Below are positions 1 through 10,300 of a stretch of 64,000 nucleotides of DNA, piece by piece (positions within the stretch are counted from its first letter, which is position 1; each line of letters opens with the position of its first letter). Location: NCBI GenBank assembly GCA_035276045.1, contig DATELZ010000147.1, positions 2,626-66,625 of the forward strand, given 5' to 3'. The position numbers and the translations under genes are program-made. The notes under the pieces were generated by a model. It was given only the letters and a program-made list of their open reading frames with translations, did not search any database and was not told the DNA's origin. This stretch comes from Pyrinomonadaceae bacterium (lineage in GTDB: Bacteria; Acidobacteriota; Blastocatellia; Pyrinomonadales; Pyrinomonadaceae).

Positions 1-416
1 CTCACCTGGCCCAAACTTCCGGGCGCAATCGCAACGATCACCTGGGCCGTGCGTCCGACGAGTTGCGACGTAGTGACGGAACTCGACGACTGTTGCTTGT
101 AAAGAAAGCGCGCGAAGAGTGAGACCAGACCGCCGAGTATGATTCCCCCGCCCAGGCCCAATAGTGAGCTTGCGACGATCGAGAGTCCCGCCTGAATGCC
201 GATCGCGCCAAAGCCGCCGAACGCAGTGACAAAGACGCTGATGACGCGGCTGTCGAGAAAGGCATGACCTTCGACACCGGGATCGACGCCGGTGTCAAAA
301 CCAAGACTGTCGAAAACATCGCCGGCGATGAGAGAGATGAGCAGGAATACAAAACCGAGCGAAGCGATGCCCAGAAAAACCATTAGCGGGCTGAGATTCG
401 AGAGAAATTCGGGCAC
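1..416 (-). CDS. NfeD-like/YqiJ-like membrane protein, N-terminal part (3' end runs off the window)
   Basis: Absent from the ORF track because it has no in-window stop. Hand translation of the minus strand from ATG 383 gives MVFLGIASLGFVFLLISLIAGD..GGFGAIGIQAGLSIVASSLLGLGGGIILGGLVSLFARFLY..LVGRTAQVIVAIAPGSLGQV with no stops. This reads as hydrophobic helices followed by the start of an NfeD-type OB motif. An in-frame GTG at 416 is preceded by AAGGA (start used here). ATG 383 has no SD and is the alternative. Confidence 0.5.
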   Translation of the reverse strand, partial: MPEFLSNLSPLMVFLGIASLGFVFLLISLIAGDVFDSLGFDTGVDPGVEGHAFLDSRVISVFVTAFGGFGAIGIQAGLSIVASSLLGLGGGIILGGLVSLFARFLYKQQSSSSVTTSQLVGRTAQVIVAIAPGSLGQV

Positions 417-511
417 GGGAGCTATTCCTTCGATTGTGGTCTGAGCCTGAGAACCAGTTGCGATACCGGAGAAGAACGATTCGCCGGTTAGACTAACACA
501 GGATAGATGGT

Positions 512-637
512 GGTGTCTTAGTTTCAACTCTGCGTTCTCTGCGTTCCTTTGAGACCTCTGCGTAAACTTCACTTTAGGTGTTGTTGAACGCAGAGCACAC
601 AGAGACACGCGGAGAACGCCGAGCAAAAGTAAGACAC
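512..637. repeat. CTCTGCG-type palindromic intergenic element, copy 1 (subfamily A)
   Basis: GGTGTCTTAG..CTCTGCGTTCTCTGCGT..CCTCTGCGTAAAC-loop-AACGCAGAGCACACAGAGACACGC..TAAGACAC. The arms are reverse complements (CTCTGCG/CGCAGAG) and the ends GTGTCTTA/TAAGACAC are inverted. A near-identical copy lies at 21481-21595. Confidence 0.8.
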
Positions 638-789
638 TTAACGGAGAGATCCTTGTGTTGCTCGAAGGCGTCGATTTTTGGCATTATGACCTCTCCCCAA
701 GGCTCGGTTACCTCTCAAACTGTCGGCGAAGCTCAGTGCAAAGCCAGATTTGCAACACCTCTATCTGATTCATTCCAAGGATTTTAACA

Positions 790-3700
790 ATGCCGCTTAC
801 ATCCCGATTGCGTCTACACCTCCCCAAGTGCCTGCTGCTCTCGATCCTTCTGCTCGGCTGTCAATTGACGGCCCGCGCGGCGACAACTTTTGTCGTAACC
901 AATACCAACAACAGCGGCGCCGGCTCGTTGCGTCAAGCCCTTCTCGACGCGAATGCCAATCCCGGATCCGATCTCATTGCCTTCAACATCGGTTCGGGAC
1001 TGAAAACGATCGTGCTGGTTACTAAACTGCCCGAGATCTCAGATCCGGTCGTCGTCGATGGGACCACGCAACCGGGTTTCACCAATGCCCCGCTAATCGA
1101 GATCCAAGCAACCAACATCGACTTCGACGTGGTGTTTTCGATTACGGCCGGAAACAGCACCATTCGCAGCCTGATTCTCAATCACTTCCGTAACGGCGCG
1201 ATCTTGTTATCAAACGCCGGCGGAAACCACATCGAGGGTTGCTACATAGGAACTGATGCAACCGGCATCACAGGCACAAACAGCAGAGGTACCGGTATTG
1301 CCGTCAGCAGCTCTGCCAACAATGTGATCGGCGGCACGACAACCAACACTCGTAATGTAATAGCGAGTCTTGATTTTGGGATTTCCGTTTTTGGCTTCGG
1401 TGGGGGAAATCAGATTCTCGGAAACTACATCGCTCTCAACGTAGCGGGTGACACGGCGCTGCCGGGTTTTGAAGGCATACACATCGGAACCTCCAACAAT
1501 GTGATCGGTGGCACGACCGCCGCGGCGCGCAACGTGATCGGCGCCGGCGAGCACGGCGGCATTGTGATCCAATCGGGAGGCGTCGCTATTTCCGGCAACG
1601 TTGTTCAGGGAAACTATGTCGGCACTGATGCCACCGGCAAAGTTGCTTTTGGTTTTCAGAATTACGGCATCGCGCTCTTCAATTCGGTTAACAACACCAC
1701 GATCGGCGGCACAGTTCCCGGCGCCGGCAACGTCCTTTCAGGAAACGGATGGGGTCTCGTCATCGATGGTTTCAATGCGGGTGCGGAGGGGCCATCAACA
1801 GGCAATACTGTCCACGGTAATTTCATCGGCGTGGCCGCAGATGGATCGACACCTCTGCCGAATCGCGTTGTGGGCGTGCGGATCTCCTCGGCTCGCGATA
1901 CGACGATAGGCGGCACTGCTCCGGGCGCCGGCAATGTGATCGCCTTCAATGGTCCATTCGAGAGCATCGGAGTGATGGGGATGGAACTGATCGGCGAGGG
2001 CACGAAAAATACCTCGATTCGCGGTAATTCGATCTATTCCAATGGCGGGCTCGGAATCGAAATCAGTCCGAGCGGAGTAACACCGAATGACGCCGGCGAC
2101 GCGGATGGTGGTCCAAACAATACTCAGAACTTCCCGCTGATTACGTCAGTCGTCTCCGCAGCCGGCCAGACGACGATCACGGGCACACTCAACAGCACCC
2201 CCAGCACAAACTTCGTGCTCGACTTCTACGCAAACGCAGTCTGTGATTCGAGCGGCAACGGCGAAGGCGCAAAGCCTTTCGCGTTGAACCACGCTCCAGT
2301 GACCACAGACGCAAACGGCAATGCAAACTTCAACGTGATCGTGCCAACGTCGCTTCCGCCCGGCCGCATCATCACGGCGACGGCTACCGATCCAACAGGC
2401 AACACTTCAGAGTTCTCTCCCTGCAGCTCGACGCAAACACTTGGCAGCGTCAACTTCGATCCGGCGTCTTACACGGTCATCGAAGACGTCGGTTCTCTTC
2501 CGATCACAGTTAAACGCAGCGGCGGCATCGGGACGCTGACGGTCCAGTACGCTACTGCGAATGGCTCCGCTAAGGCCGGTGAAGACTATGTGGCGACTTC
2601 AGGAACGCTCACTTTTCTTGAAGGCGAAACGACGAAGACCTTTAACGTGACGATCCTGAATAACGCGGCTGCGGAACTCGACGAATCGTTCACGGTCACA
2701 CTCAGGAACCCGGACGATCCGGACGTCGTCGGCGTTCCCGGCGTTGCCGTCATCAATTTAAAAGACAACAGCACAGTGCCGGCGCTCAGCATCAATAACG
2801 TTAACGCGACCGAGGGTAGTGCACTCACCTTCACAGTGAGCGTCGACCTGCCAACGGGGCGCACCATAACGGTTAACTATGCGACCGTGGATCTCGATGC
2901 TACGGGCGGCCAGGATTATCAAGCTGCGTCCGGAACGCTCACTTTTAACCCCGGCGTGATGACTCGAACAATCGTCGTTCAGACACTCGATGATTCACTC
3001 GACGAGTCGACACAAACGTTTGAAATTCATCTCACGAATCCTGTCAATGCAGCTTTGCTCAGCGGCGGTGTGGGCACGGGAAATATCCTGGACAACGATC
3101 CAAATGTCACGGTGTCGATCAGCGACGTCAGCGTGCATGAAGGAAATAGCGGCACTGCGTCCGCCGTCTTTACGGTGACCACATCCGCACCGCATGAGAA
3201 GTTCATCCAGATGGCCTACATTACCGCCAACGGAACCGCTACGGCTCCAGGTGACTATGTGGCCGCAACCGGGGGCTTGCTCTTCCTGCCGGGCCAGGTG
3301 GAAAAGACGATTACGATAACCGTCAATGGCGATACCGATACCGAGCCAAACGAAACGTTCCTCGTCAATCTCACAAACATCTTTGCCGCTACTCTCGTTC
3401 GCGGACAAGCCACCGGAACGATCGTCAACGACGACGGGGCTACAGCTCCGTTGCAACTCGTGATCGACGCGTCAGGACCAGATGTTATTCAGGCCGGCGC
3501 ACTCGATTCAATGCTGCTGCTGAGAGATCCGTTCCTGGTCGTCAATACTCTCAATGTGCTGAATCCGGGACCGGATCGAAACACTCGCGTGCATCTCTTT
3601 GTCAGGAATCTACAGCTTGGTGCAGGTGAGACGGCTGCGTCTGTTGTTGTGAAACTGGTTGATAGCAACAACCAGTCTCATGACGTGCCTGCCGAAGCCG

Positions 3701-3837
3701 TGTCGCTGTTGCAAGGGACGGATCTGACGCAGGTGACATTGAGGTTGCCGAATGCGCTTCCTACAGGAAAGTGCATCGTCGAAGTACAGGCGCAAGGCCG
3801 GTCGAGTAATTCCGGCACATTCAGGATTCGCAATTAA
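790..3837 (+). CDS. Secreted parallel beta-helix repeat protein with three Calx-beta domains
   Basis: 1015-aa ORF with a signal peptide (LLLSILLLGCQLTARA). It has many degenerate GN-x-I-x-GN-x-IG turns (NosD/CASH-like beta-helix). Three Calx-beta modules are visible: TVQYATANGSAKAGEDYVATSGTLTFLEGETTKTFNVTI, VNYATVDLDATGGQDYQAASGTLTFNPG and YITANGTATAPGDYVAATGGLLFLPGQVEKTITITV. Confidence 0.85.
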   Translation: MPLTSRLRLHLPKCLLLSILLLGCQLTARAATTFVVTNTNNSGAGSLRQALLDANANPGSDLIAFNIGSGLKTIVLVTKLPEISDPVVVDGTTQPGFTNAPLIEIQATNIDFDVVFSITAGNSTIRSLILNHFRNGAILLSNAGGNHIEGCYIGTDATGITGTNSRGTGIAVSSSANNVIGGTTTNTRNVIASLDFGISVFGFGGGNQILGNYIALNVAGDTALPGFEGIHIGTSNNVIGGTTAAARNVIGAGEHGGIVIQSGGVAISGNVVQGNYVGTDATGKVAFGFQNYGIALFNSVNNTTIGGTVPGAGNVLSGNGWGLVIDGFNAGAEGPSTGNTVHGNFIGVAADGSTPLPNRVVGVRISSARDTTIGGTAPGAGNVIAFNGPFESIGVMGMELIGEGTKNTSIRGNSIYSNGGLGIEISPSGVTPNDAGDADGGPNNTQNFPLITSVVSAAGQTTITGTLNSTPSTNFVLDFYANAVCDSSGNGEGAKPFALNHAPVTTDANGNANFNVIVPTSLPPGRIITATATDPTGNTSEFSPCSSTQTLGSVNFDPASYTVIEDVGSLPITVKRSGGIGTLTVQYATANGSAKAGEDYVATSGTLTFLEGETTKTFNVTILNNAAAELDESFTVTLRNPDDPDVVGVPGVAVINLKDNSTVPALSINNVNATEGSALTFTVSVDLPTGRTITVNYATVDLDATGGQDYQAASGTLTFNPGVMTRTIVVQTLDDSLDESTQTFEIHLTNPVNAALLSGGVGTGNILDNDPNVTVSISDVSVHEGNSGTASAVFTVTTSAPHEKFIQMAYITANGTATAPGDYVAATGGLLFLPGQVEKTITITVNGDTDTEPNETFLVNLTNIFAATLVRGQATGTIVNDDGATAPLQLVIDASGPDVIQAGALDSMLLLRDPFLVVNTLNVLNPGPDRNTRVHLFVRNLQLGAGETAASVVVKLVDSNNQSHDVPAEAVSLLQGTDLTQVTLRLPNALPTGKCIVEVQAQGRSSNSGTFRIRN

Positions 3838-3982
3838 GAATCGACTCTACGGCTCAGCCCGTTGCGTCTCCAACTCAACGATCTTATTTGGACCTACACT
3901 CTTCTGTGAGTAAGCAGCATGAGGCATTGCCAATAGCGAGTGAGATGGTTCATCAGAGTCTTCATACGTAAGCGGGAACGTC

Positions 3983-4270
3983 AGCCGCAGGCGCGGCTGA
4001 TGGTAGCCAGGGGCGAGCGAAGCGCAGCCCCTGGTCCTGTTTTGAAATGACGATGTAGCTCTGCAAGAGCGACAGAAAACCGAATGTGTTCTGTCGCACC
4101 TTCGGTGCTCAATCTAATGACTCTGGCGATCCAGGGGCGTCGTGCTCGCTTCGCTCGCACTTGCCCCTGGCTACCATCCGTCGCGCCTCCGGCGCTTACC
4201 ATCCGTCGCGCCTCCGGCGCTTACCATCCGCTGCATCTCCGCCGCTACCATCCGCCACGCCTCCGGCGCT
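3983..4270. repeat. Composite palindromic element (two inverted ~110-nt hairpin units plus a 25-nt tandem tail), copy A
   Basis: Each unit carries GGTAGCCAGGGGC-(GC-rich loop)-GCCCCTGG and ends in GCGACAGAA. The two units face each other around 4070-4090. The tail at 4172-4270 is 4 copies of ~25 nt (TACCATCCGTCGCGCCTCCGGCGCT, twice exact). A second element made of the same units lies at 15226-15507. Confidence 0.8.
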
Positions 4271-4559
4271 CTGGTGTAATGAAGGAACTCGCACCTTTCC
4301 GCCAGTCCATTTCACTCCATATGCCCCAAAGTGACACTTTTTGTTCATTTTGACCTGACGAACATTGGCACAACTCCGGTGTATTTCGCCCCGCCGTGGT
4401 TTTCTGCCGGGGCGCTTTAACCATTGTTTTCACCATTTTGCGGTAGTTCGCCCGATTGAAGGCACACCGTTTGTCTAACTGGCCCACGCTTAGGCGTGTC
4501 CACGGGCAAGCTCACCATAGCCGCCCACAGCCGCAAACGATCAATCTCAGGAGAAAACG

Positions 4560-5078
4560 ATGAAATTAAAGCAAAGTTTACGCTGGGCGCCGGTAGCCCT
4601 GGTGTCGCTGCTCGTGCTGAGTGGCGCCGTCGCGCTCGCCGAAAAGAAATTCATGGTCATTAGTCCTCGGCCCGATGTCAAAGTCATGCTGGCGGGTTCG
4701 GTCCAACGCGATCAGGCCCTCATTTCGCTCGACGAGAAAGTAACCGTCAACCGTGGCGAGATCATGAATTGGACCATCACTTCGTCGAACGAAGGCAATG
4801 CGCCGGCGCGCGAGTACAAGACGGTTGGCGTCATCCCCGCCGGCACTCAGATCGTCGCCGGCAGTGTCTCAGCCGATGGTTCCGCGAAGGTCACCTACAG
4901 CATCGACAATGGCAAGAGTTTTTCTGCCCAACCCACGATCGAGGAAAAGCAAGCGGACGGCTCAATGAAGAAAGTCCCGGCCCCCACTTCGATGTACACG
5001 CAAATCCGTTACGAGTGGGCCGACCCGTTGAACGAGGGAGCCAGGTTGGTTGCTTCCTACAAAGTTCGCTTGAACTAA
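4560..5078 (+). CDS. Small secreted DUF11-like beta-rich protein (first gene of the surface operon)
   Basis: 172 aa, SD GGAGAA, Sec signal peptide (WAPVALVSLLVLSGAVALA). Contains a DUF11-like stretch: IMNWTITSSNEGNAPAREYKTVGVIPAGTQIVAGSVS. Confidence 0.7.
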   Translation: MKLKQSLRWAPVALVSLLVLSGAVALAEKKFMVISPRPDVKVMLAGSVQRDQALISLDEKVTVNRGEIMNWTITSSNEGNAPAREYKTVGVIPAGTQIVAGSVSADGSAKVTYSIDNGKSFSAQPTIEEKQADGSMKKVPAPTSMYTQIRYEWADPLNEGARLVASYKVRLN

Positions 5079-5173
5079 TCACACCCAACTAACGCTCCTG
5101 GACCAGCTCGTTTGTTGCCTCAGCTTGGTCTGCCGCAATTATCTCTTCTCACTCGATCCAATAGAGGATTCTT

Positions 5174-7171
5174 ATGAAGCAGAAAGTAACTCGACGAACC
5201 CCCGCTGCGCTGTCCCGGGCAATCGCTATGATTGCCATTGCCTGCGCAATTTTTGGGCAGGCGTTTGGACAAACAGCCGCCGATACTCAGATTCAGAACC
5301 AGGCCAGCGCCACGTATTCAGATGGCAACGGCGGTTCTTATTCGACAGTTTCCAACACCGTCATCGTGACAGTCGCCAAGGTTTCCGGCTTGACCATCAC
5401 GCCTGACGGCGCTACCGATCCTAATGTGGTTCCCGGACAAACCGCTGTTCTGTTTAGTTTCCGCGTAACGAACACGGGTAACTTCGCCGATCAGGTGCGG
5501 TTCCTCGCCGCGGGCGCAAGTGTTCGTCTCGGCGTCGGCAGTCCTGCCGTCATAACGCGCGCCGTAACAGACGACGACAACAGCGGCACAATCACCGGCG
5601 GTGACGACGACATCTTGACGAATGGTGGCGACGTGCTTTCTGCGAGTCTGCCTCAGAACGGGTTCTTCAACGTTCTCGTCGAAGTGAGCATCAATGCCGG
5701 CGCAACCGGCGGCCAGATCGTGCAGGTCTTCTTAGGCGATGCGACGACCGGTGGACCATCATTCGACAACCAGCCAGCCGACACCTCGGCAAACGAAGTG
5801 CGCACTGTCTCCGGTGCTTCGGTCAACGGACTGCGCGAAGCGCGCGGCGACCGCAGCGTCACCGTCGATAACGACGCGCAACTCGATCTTTCGCTGACTG
5901 CTCCAGCCGGCCCGGTGCCGCTCGCTTCAGTCATCACTTACAACTGGCAACTCTGCAACACGGGTTCGCGCACAGCGAATTCAATCACGCTTACCAACGC
6001 TCCGGGTGGTTCCAACTCAGGCGTCTTCATCATCGCGCCGATTCCGGTCGGAACTCAGTTCGACGCGACCCAAACTTTCCCAGGTGGCGTTACCGTGCTC
6101 TATTCCACTTCCCCGCTGGCTGACAACCCGATTACGACGGCCACGTGGGTAACGGCCCAACCGCCTCTGGCGAACATCAGGCGGGTGGCTTTCAACGTCG
6201 GCGCGACCCTGGCGGCAACCGCCTGCACTCCGGTGATCGATATGAACGTCCTGATCACCACCACCGACGCCACCAACCCGATCAGCGAACAGGGTGACGC
6301 GTACGCGAGAAATACCATCAACGTGCAGATTACCGACCAGTCGCAGTTGCGTCTGACCTTGCTGCAAATCATCGGCAGCGTGCTGAATGGACCACTCGGC
6401 CAACCGGGTGCAGTTGGTCCAACCAACACCAACGACGACTACACTAACAAGAGCGTCAGCGCCGGTATTGCTGGTGTGCCGCCAGGTGGCGTCACGACCG
6501 CGGCCAGTGGCGCAATCAACTTCACCAATACGCTGCAAAACACAGGTAACGCTAACGACAATTTCACCCTGACGGTAACCAGCTTCCCCTCAGGCGCGAC
6601 TGTCGTGGTTAATGGCGTGACTGTGGTCAACAACGGCGTGGCGACGGGCAACCCCGTACCGGCAGTGGCTATCGCCTTCGGCGGGACGGCAAACTACACA
6701 GTTGCCATCACCCTGCCGTCCGGCAAGGTAGTGTTGACCGGTTACGACACCGTCATCCGCGCCACCTCCGGCAACACGCCCGCGTCAACCAACGACACAA
6801 TCGACCGCCTCTACACAGGCTTCCTGCGTCTCGACAAGACTTCGAGTGTTTCCAACACGACCGGAGTCGGCGGGGCCACCGATCCTGTTCCTGGCGCGGT
6901 GATCACTTACACGATCACTTACACGAACGTGTCGAGTTCAGGAGGAACAAACAACGTATCGCTAACCGCCACGAATATCGTCATCACTGAGGACGGGGCG
7001 GCACTGCCAAACAACTGGGCCACGTTTACGGACCACGTTGTCGGCGCGACTGATTCACTGGGCGGCATTATCACGGGAGATGCAGTCGGTTCCAACTTGC
7101 TTACGGACACCGTCGCATCGCTTGGCCCAGGCCAGTCGGGAGTGTTTACGTTCAGGCGTCAGATCAAGTAA
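5174..7171 (+). CDS. Secreted DUF11 (conserved repeat domain) surface protein
   Basis: 665 aa, SD AGAGGA, signal peptide (AIAMIAIACAIFGQAFGQ). Repeated T/N/G/V-rich modules such as ASATYSDGNGGSYSTVSNTVIVTVAKVSGLTITPDG, VITYNWQLCNTGSRTANSITLTN and AVITYTITYTNVSSSG. Confidence 0.8.
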   Translation: MKQKVTRRTPAALSRAIAMIAIACAIFGQAFGQTAADTQIQNQASATYSDGNGGSYSTVSNTVIVTVAKVSGLTITPDGATDPNVVPGQTAVLFSFRVTNTGNFADQVRFLAAGASVRLGVGSPAVITRAVTDDDNSGTITGGDDDILTNGGDVLSASLPQNGFFNVLVEVSINAGATGGQIVQVFLGDATTGGPSFDNQPADTSANEVRTVSGASVNGLREARGDRSVTVDNDAQLDLSLTAPAGPVPLASVITYNWQLCNTGSRTANSITLTNAPGGSNSGVFIIAPIPVGTQFDATQTFPGGVTVLYSTSPLADNPITTATWVTAQPPLANIRRVAFNVGATLAATACTPVIDMNVLITTTDATNPISEQGDAYARNTINVQITDQSQLRLTLLQIIGSVLNGPLGQPGAVGPTNTNDDYTNKSVSAGIAGVPPGGVTTAASGAINFTNTLQNTGNANDNFTLTVTSFPSGATVVVNGVTVVNNGVATGNPVPAVAIAFGGTANYTVAITLPSGKVVLTGYDTVIRATSGNTPASTNDTIDRLYTGFLRLDKTSSVSNTTGVGGATDPVPGAVITYTITYTNVSSSGGTNNVSLTATNIVITEDGAALPNNWATFTDHVVGATDSLGGIITGDAVGSNLLTDTVASLGPGQSGVFTFRRQIK

Positions 7172-7311
7172 ACGCGAGGTTTGATTTCACACTCGCAGCG
7201 GCGCGGTCACTTCTCAGGCAGGTCATGTTTGAGAACACCGCGCCGCTACAACACTTATCGACGAGTGCGAACCTCGCAGTTTATTAGTCCCAGATTGTTC
7301 CTCTCAAACTA

Positions 7312-10300
7312 ATGCGCTTTCGTTCATTCCTTCAAAACACTCTTGTTCTCGCGCTCATGAGTTTCATCTTCATGGGCCATCAGGGCAAAGTGCTGGCCTT
7401 CGACGGGACACCGGCGGGCAGTGTCATCTCGAACCGGGCCGAAGCCACCTACGAAGACGATCTTGGAACCGGCTATTCGGCCGTCTCGCCGATTGTCGAG
7501 GTCACGATCCAGGCTGTCGTTTCGCTGCGAGTTACTCCTGACGAAACAACAGCTTCCACCACCGTCGGTCAACGAGAACGCATCACGCGAGTGTTTCGGG
7601 TCTGCAATACTGGCAACGTCCCGGACACTTACACGATTACGGCAGCATCTGTAGATTCACCCGCCACCCTCGTCAGTCTTCACTTCGACAGCGACGCCAG
7701 CAGCACGCTCACCAACGCAGACACACAACTCACTATCAATGGCGCTGCGTCGACATCAGTATTGCCCGGCGCGTGCCTCGGAGTGCTGGCAGTAGTCGAT
7801 GTCAACGACTTTCCCCTCGGTAACCTAACCATTCGTCTAACAGCGCAATCGAATGCAGAGGGCGCGAATGGAAGACCGTCGGACGAAGGAACGATCATCA
7901 ATGCAGTAGGCAGTGCCGCTCGCTTAACGTCTCCGACAGACAACAACCTGCCGCCACTGAAAACCGTCAACGGCAACGACCGGAGCATCGTCAGTCCCGG
8001 CATGCCCTTCACGTATTCGATTGCGTTTCGCAACAGCGGCGATACACCCGCGCGAGCAGTAGTCATCACAGACAATCTTCCGTCCCAACTTGAATACGTC
8101 GCCGGCTCGCTCACGCTGGATAGCCGGAGCCTGACAGACGCACAGGACGCTGATGAAGGTAACGTGCAAGCCCGGCGGATCGAGATCCGCATGGAGACAG
8201 TAGCGCCCGGTCAACTTGTCGAGATCACTTTCAGGGCGCGTCTCGTTACGGGCCTGGCCGCAGCCGCGGGTGTGCTAAACGTGGCTGAGCTTACGGGTCA
8301 AAACATCGCGCCGGTGAGTAGCTCGGTGGCAGTGGTGATTGTCGATCCGTTTGGCACAGTCTTCTCCGGCCGCGGTGGCGGTGCGGCGCCGATTCCCGGC
8401 GCCAACGTCTCGGTGCTGCTCGATCAAACCGATACGAGTGTGCTGCCGATTCCTTCGGGCGCTGGATTCTCGCCAAACGTTCAGAATGACAATCCGTTTG
8501 TTACCGACGGGTTAGGTCATTTTAGTTTTGTGTTGCTGCCCGAGCAGATAGGAACTGAGACTAATCCGGTTCGCTACTTCATCAAGGTTACAGCACCGGG
8601 ATATTCGACGCGCATGCTCGAGATCACGGCGCGTCAAACCAGCGCGGGACTCTTCACGCTGACGGTCCACGCAGTCGACGGCCAACCACTGGCGCGCGCA
8701 GGTGGTTTCGAACTCGTCCGCGAAGATGTATCGATCGAAAATCTTGCCTCAGTCGCGCTCAACATTCCGATGTTTGAGCCAAACGGACTCGAACTGATGA
8801 AGTCAGTCGATCGGCCTCGCGCAGAAATCGGCGAGGCGATTGCCTATCGCATAGAAATCCATAATCCGACCGCCGCGCCTGTGCGCGACGTCGTGGTGCG
8901 CGATCGTCCGCCAGTCTCTTTTCACTACGCGAGTGGAACCGGCCGGCTGACGTTGGGCACGGCTTTGAACCAACCGATCGAACCCGAGATTGCCGGCGGA
9001 GAACTGATATTTCGCATCGGCGAAATCGGACCAGGCGCAACGGCGCGTCTGCTTTATCGTTTGCGCGTCGGCGCGAATGCGCAGGAAGGCGAACGGGAAA
9101 ATGTAGCGATCGCGCGCGGACTGTTTCCCAACGGCGAGACCATTCAAACCGTAGCCGCGCGCGCCATCGTGTTTGTGGGCCGCGGCGCTTTCTCTACTCG
9201 CCAGGTCATTGTCGGTCGCGTCTTCATCGACGAGAACCACAATGGCAAGTTTGACGGCAGCGACACGCCCGTGCCTGGCGCGCGGTTGTTTTTACAGTCA
9301 GGCCAGTCAGTCATGACTGACTCCGAAGGTCTGTACAACCTGCCCTCGGTGAGCGATGGATCGCAGGTGCTTTCGCTGGATCCGATTACGGTTCCCAATG
9401 GCTTCGCACTCACGGACGGCGGTTCGCTGTCAGGTCGTAGTTGGACCAGGCTCCTGCGCACGCCCCTCGGCGGCGGTGCGTTGCTCCGGCAGAACTTCAC
9501 GCTCGCGCCAAAAGATGGCGTGGACCGCCAATCACTTCTCGCCGTGCCAGCTAAACAAGCGGCCCGCAAACCGGCCGAAAACCCGGCCGGCACTTACGAC
9601 GTCGCGCCGGCCCGCATCGCGTGGAAAGCACAACCGGGCGTTTCGCGTTACCGCATCCAGCTTGCCACGGACGAACGTTTCCAAAAGGTGATCTTTGATG
9701 GCGCTGTCGAGACGGCAGAATACCAGGCCAACACGTTAGCGCCCGGACGTTACTACTGGAGAGTCGCTGCGCATGATGCTACCGGCGGCGAATTTTCCAA
9801 ACCTGCCGTGTTCGACGTCAAGTCTTCCACGACGAAGGAAGTGGCGGCGACAGAGACCCTCGAACCCGTGGCGCCCGGCGACATCAAGATCCTGTCTCCC
9901 GAACCAGATACCGTGGTCCTGTCTCCGGCAATGTTGTTGGACGCGCGCGTCGCGCTGCATTGGAAAGTAAAACTGGAGATCAACGGCAAGCTCATTTCAG
10001 ACAAGAATATCGGCACTGTCCGCCAGGACCAGAAGAACAACGTTACGACCTATTCATATGTCAGTCTCGAATTGCGTCCCGGACAAAACTCCATTCGCGC
10101 AACGGCGCTGGGACCCAACGGCGCGGAGGGACGCACGCGTGAACTGACAGTATCGGGTCGCGGTCCAGCTACGCGATTGGAGATCGTTCCCGATAAAACC
10201 CAGGTTCAGACCGGCGGCCGCGATTGGATCGTGTTGCGCGTGCGTGCGTTCGATCAGTGGAACAATCCCGCGGCTGACGATCAAGTGGCAATTCAAACTT

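Noticed and set aside
3981-4487. ORFs of 73-89 aa across the composite repeat. The equivalent set at 15207..15654 is treated the same way.
   Set aside because: They are open only because they read through palindromic and tandem repeat DNA (for example the repeated RRASGAYHP). They overlap each other on both strands and have no SD.
7197-7247. An 11-bp inverted repeat (AGCGGCGCGGT/ACCGCGCCGCT, 29-nt loop) between the 665-aa and 1936-aa DUF11 genes, considered as a terminator.
   Set aside because: There is no U-tract, the loop is large, and the genes appear co-transcribed. At most it is a weak attenuator, so it is not listed as a feature.
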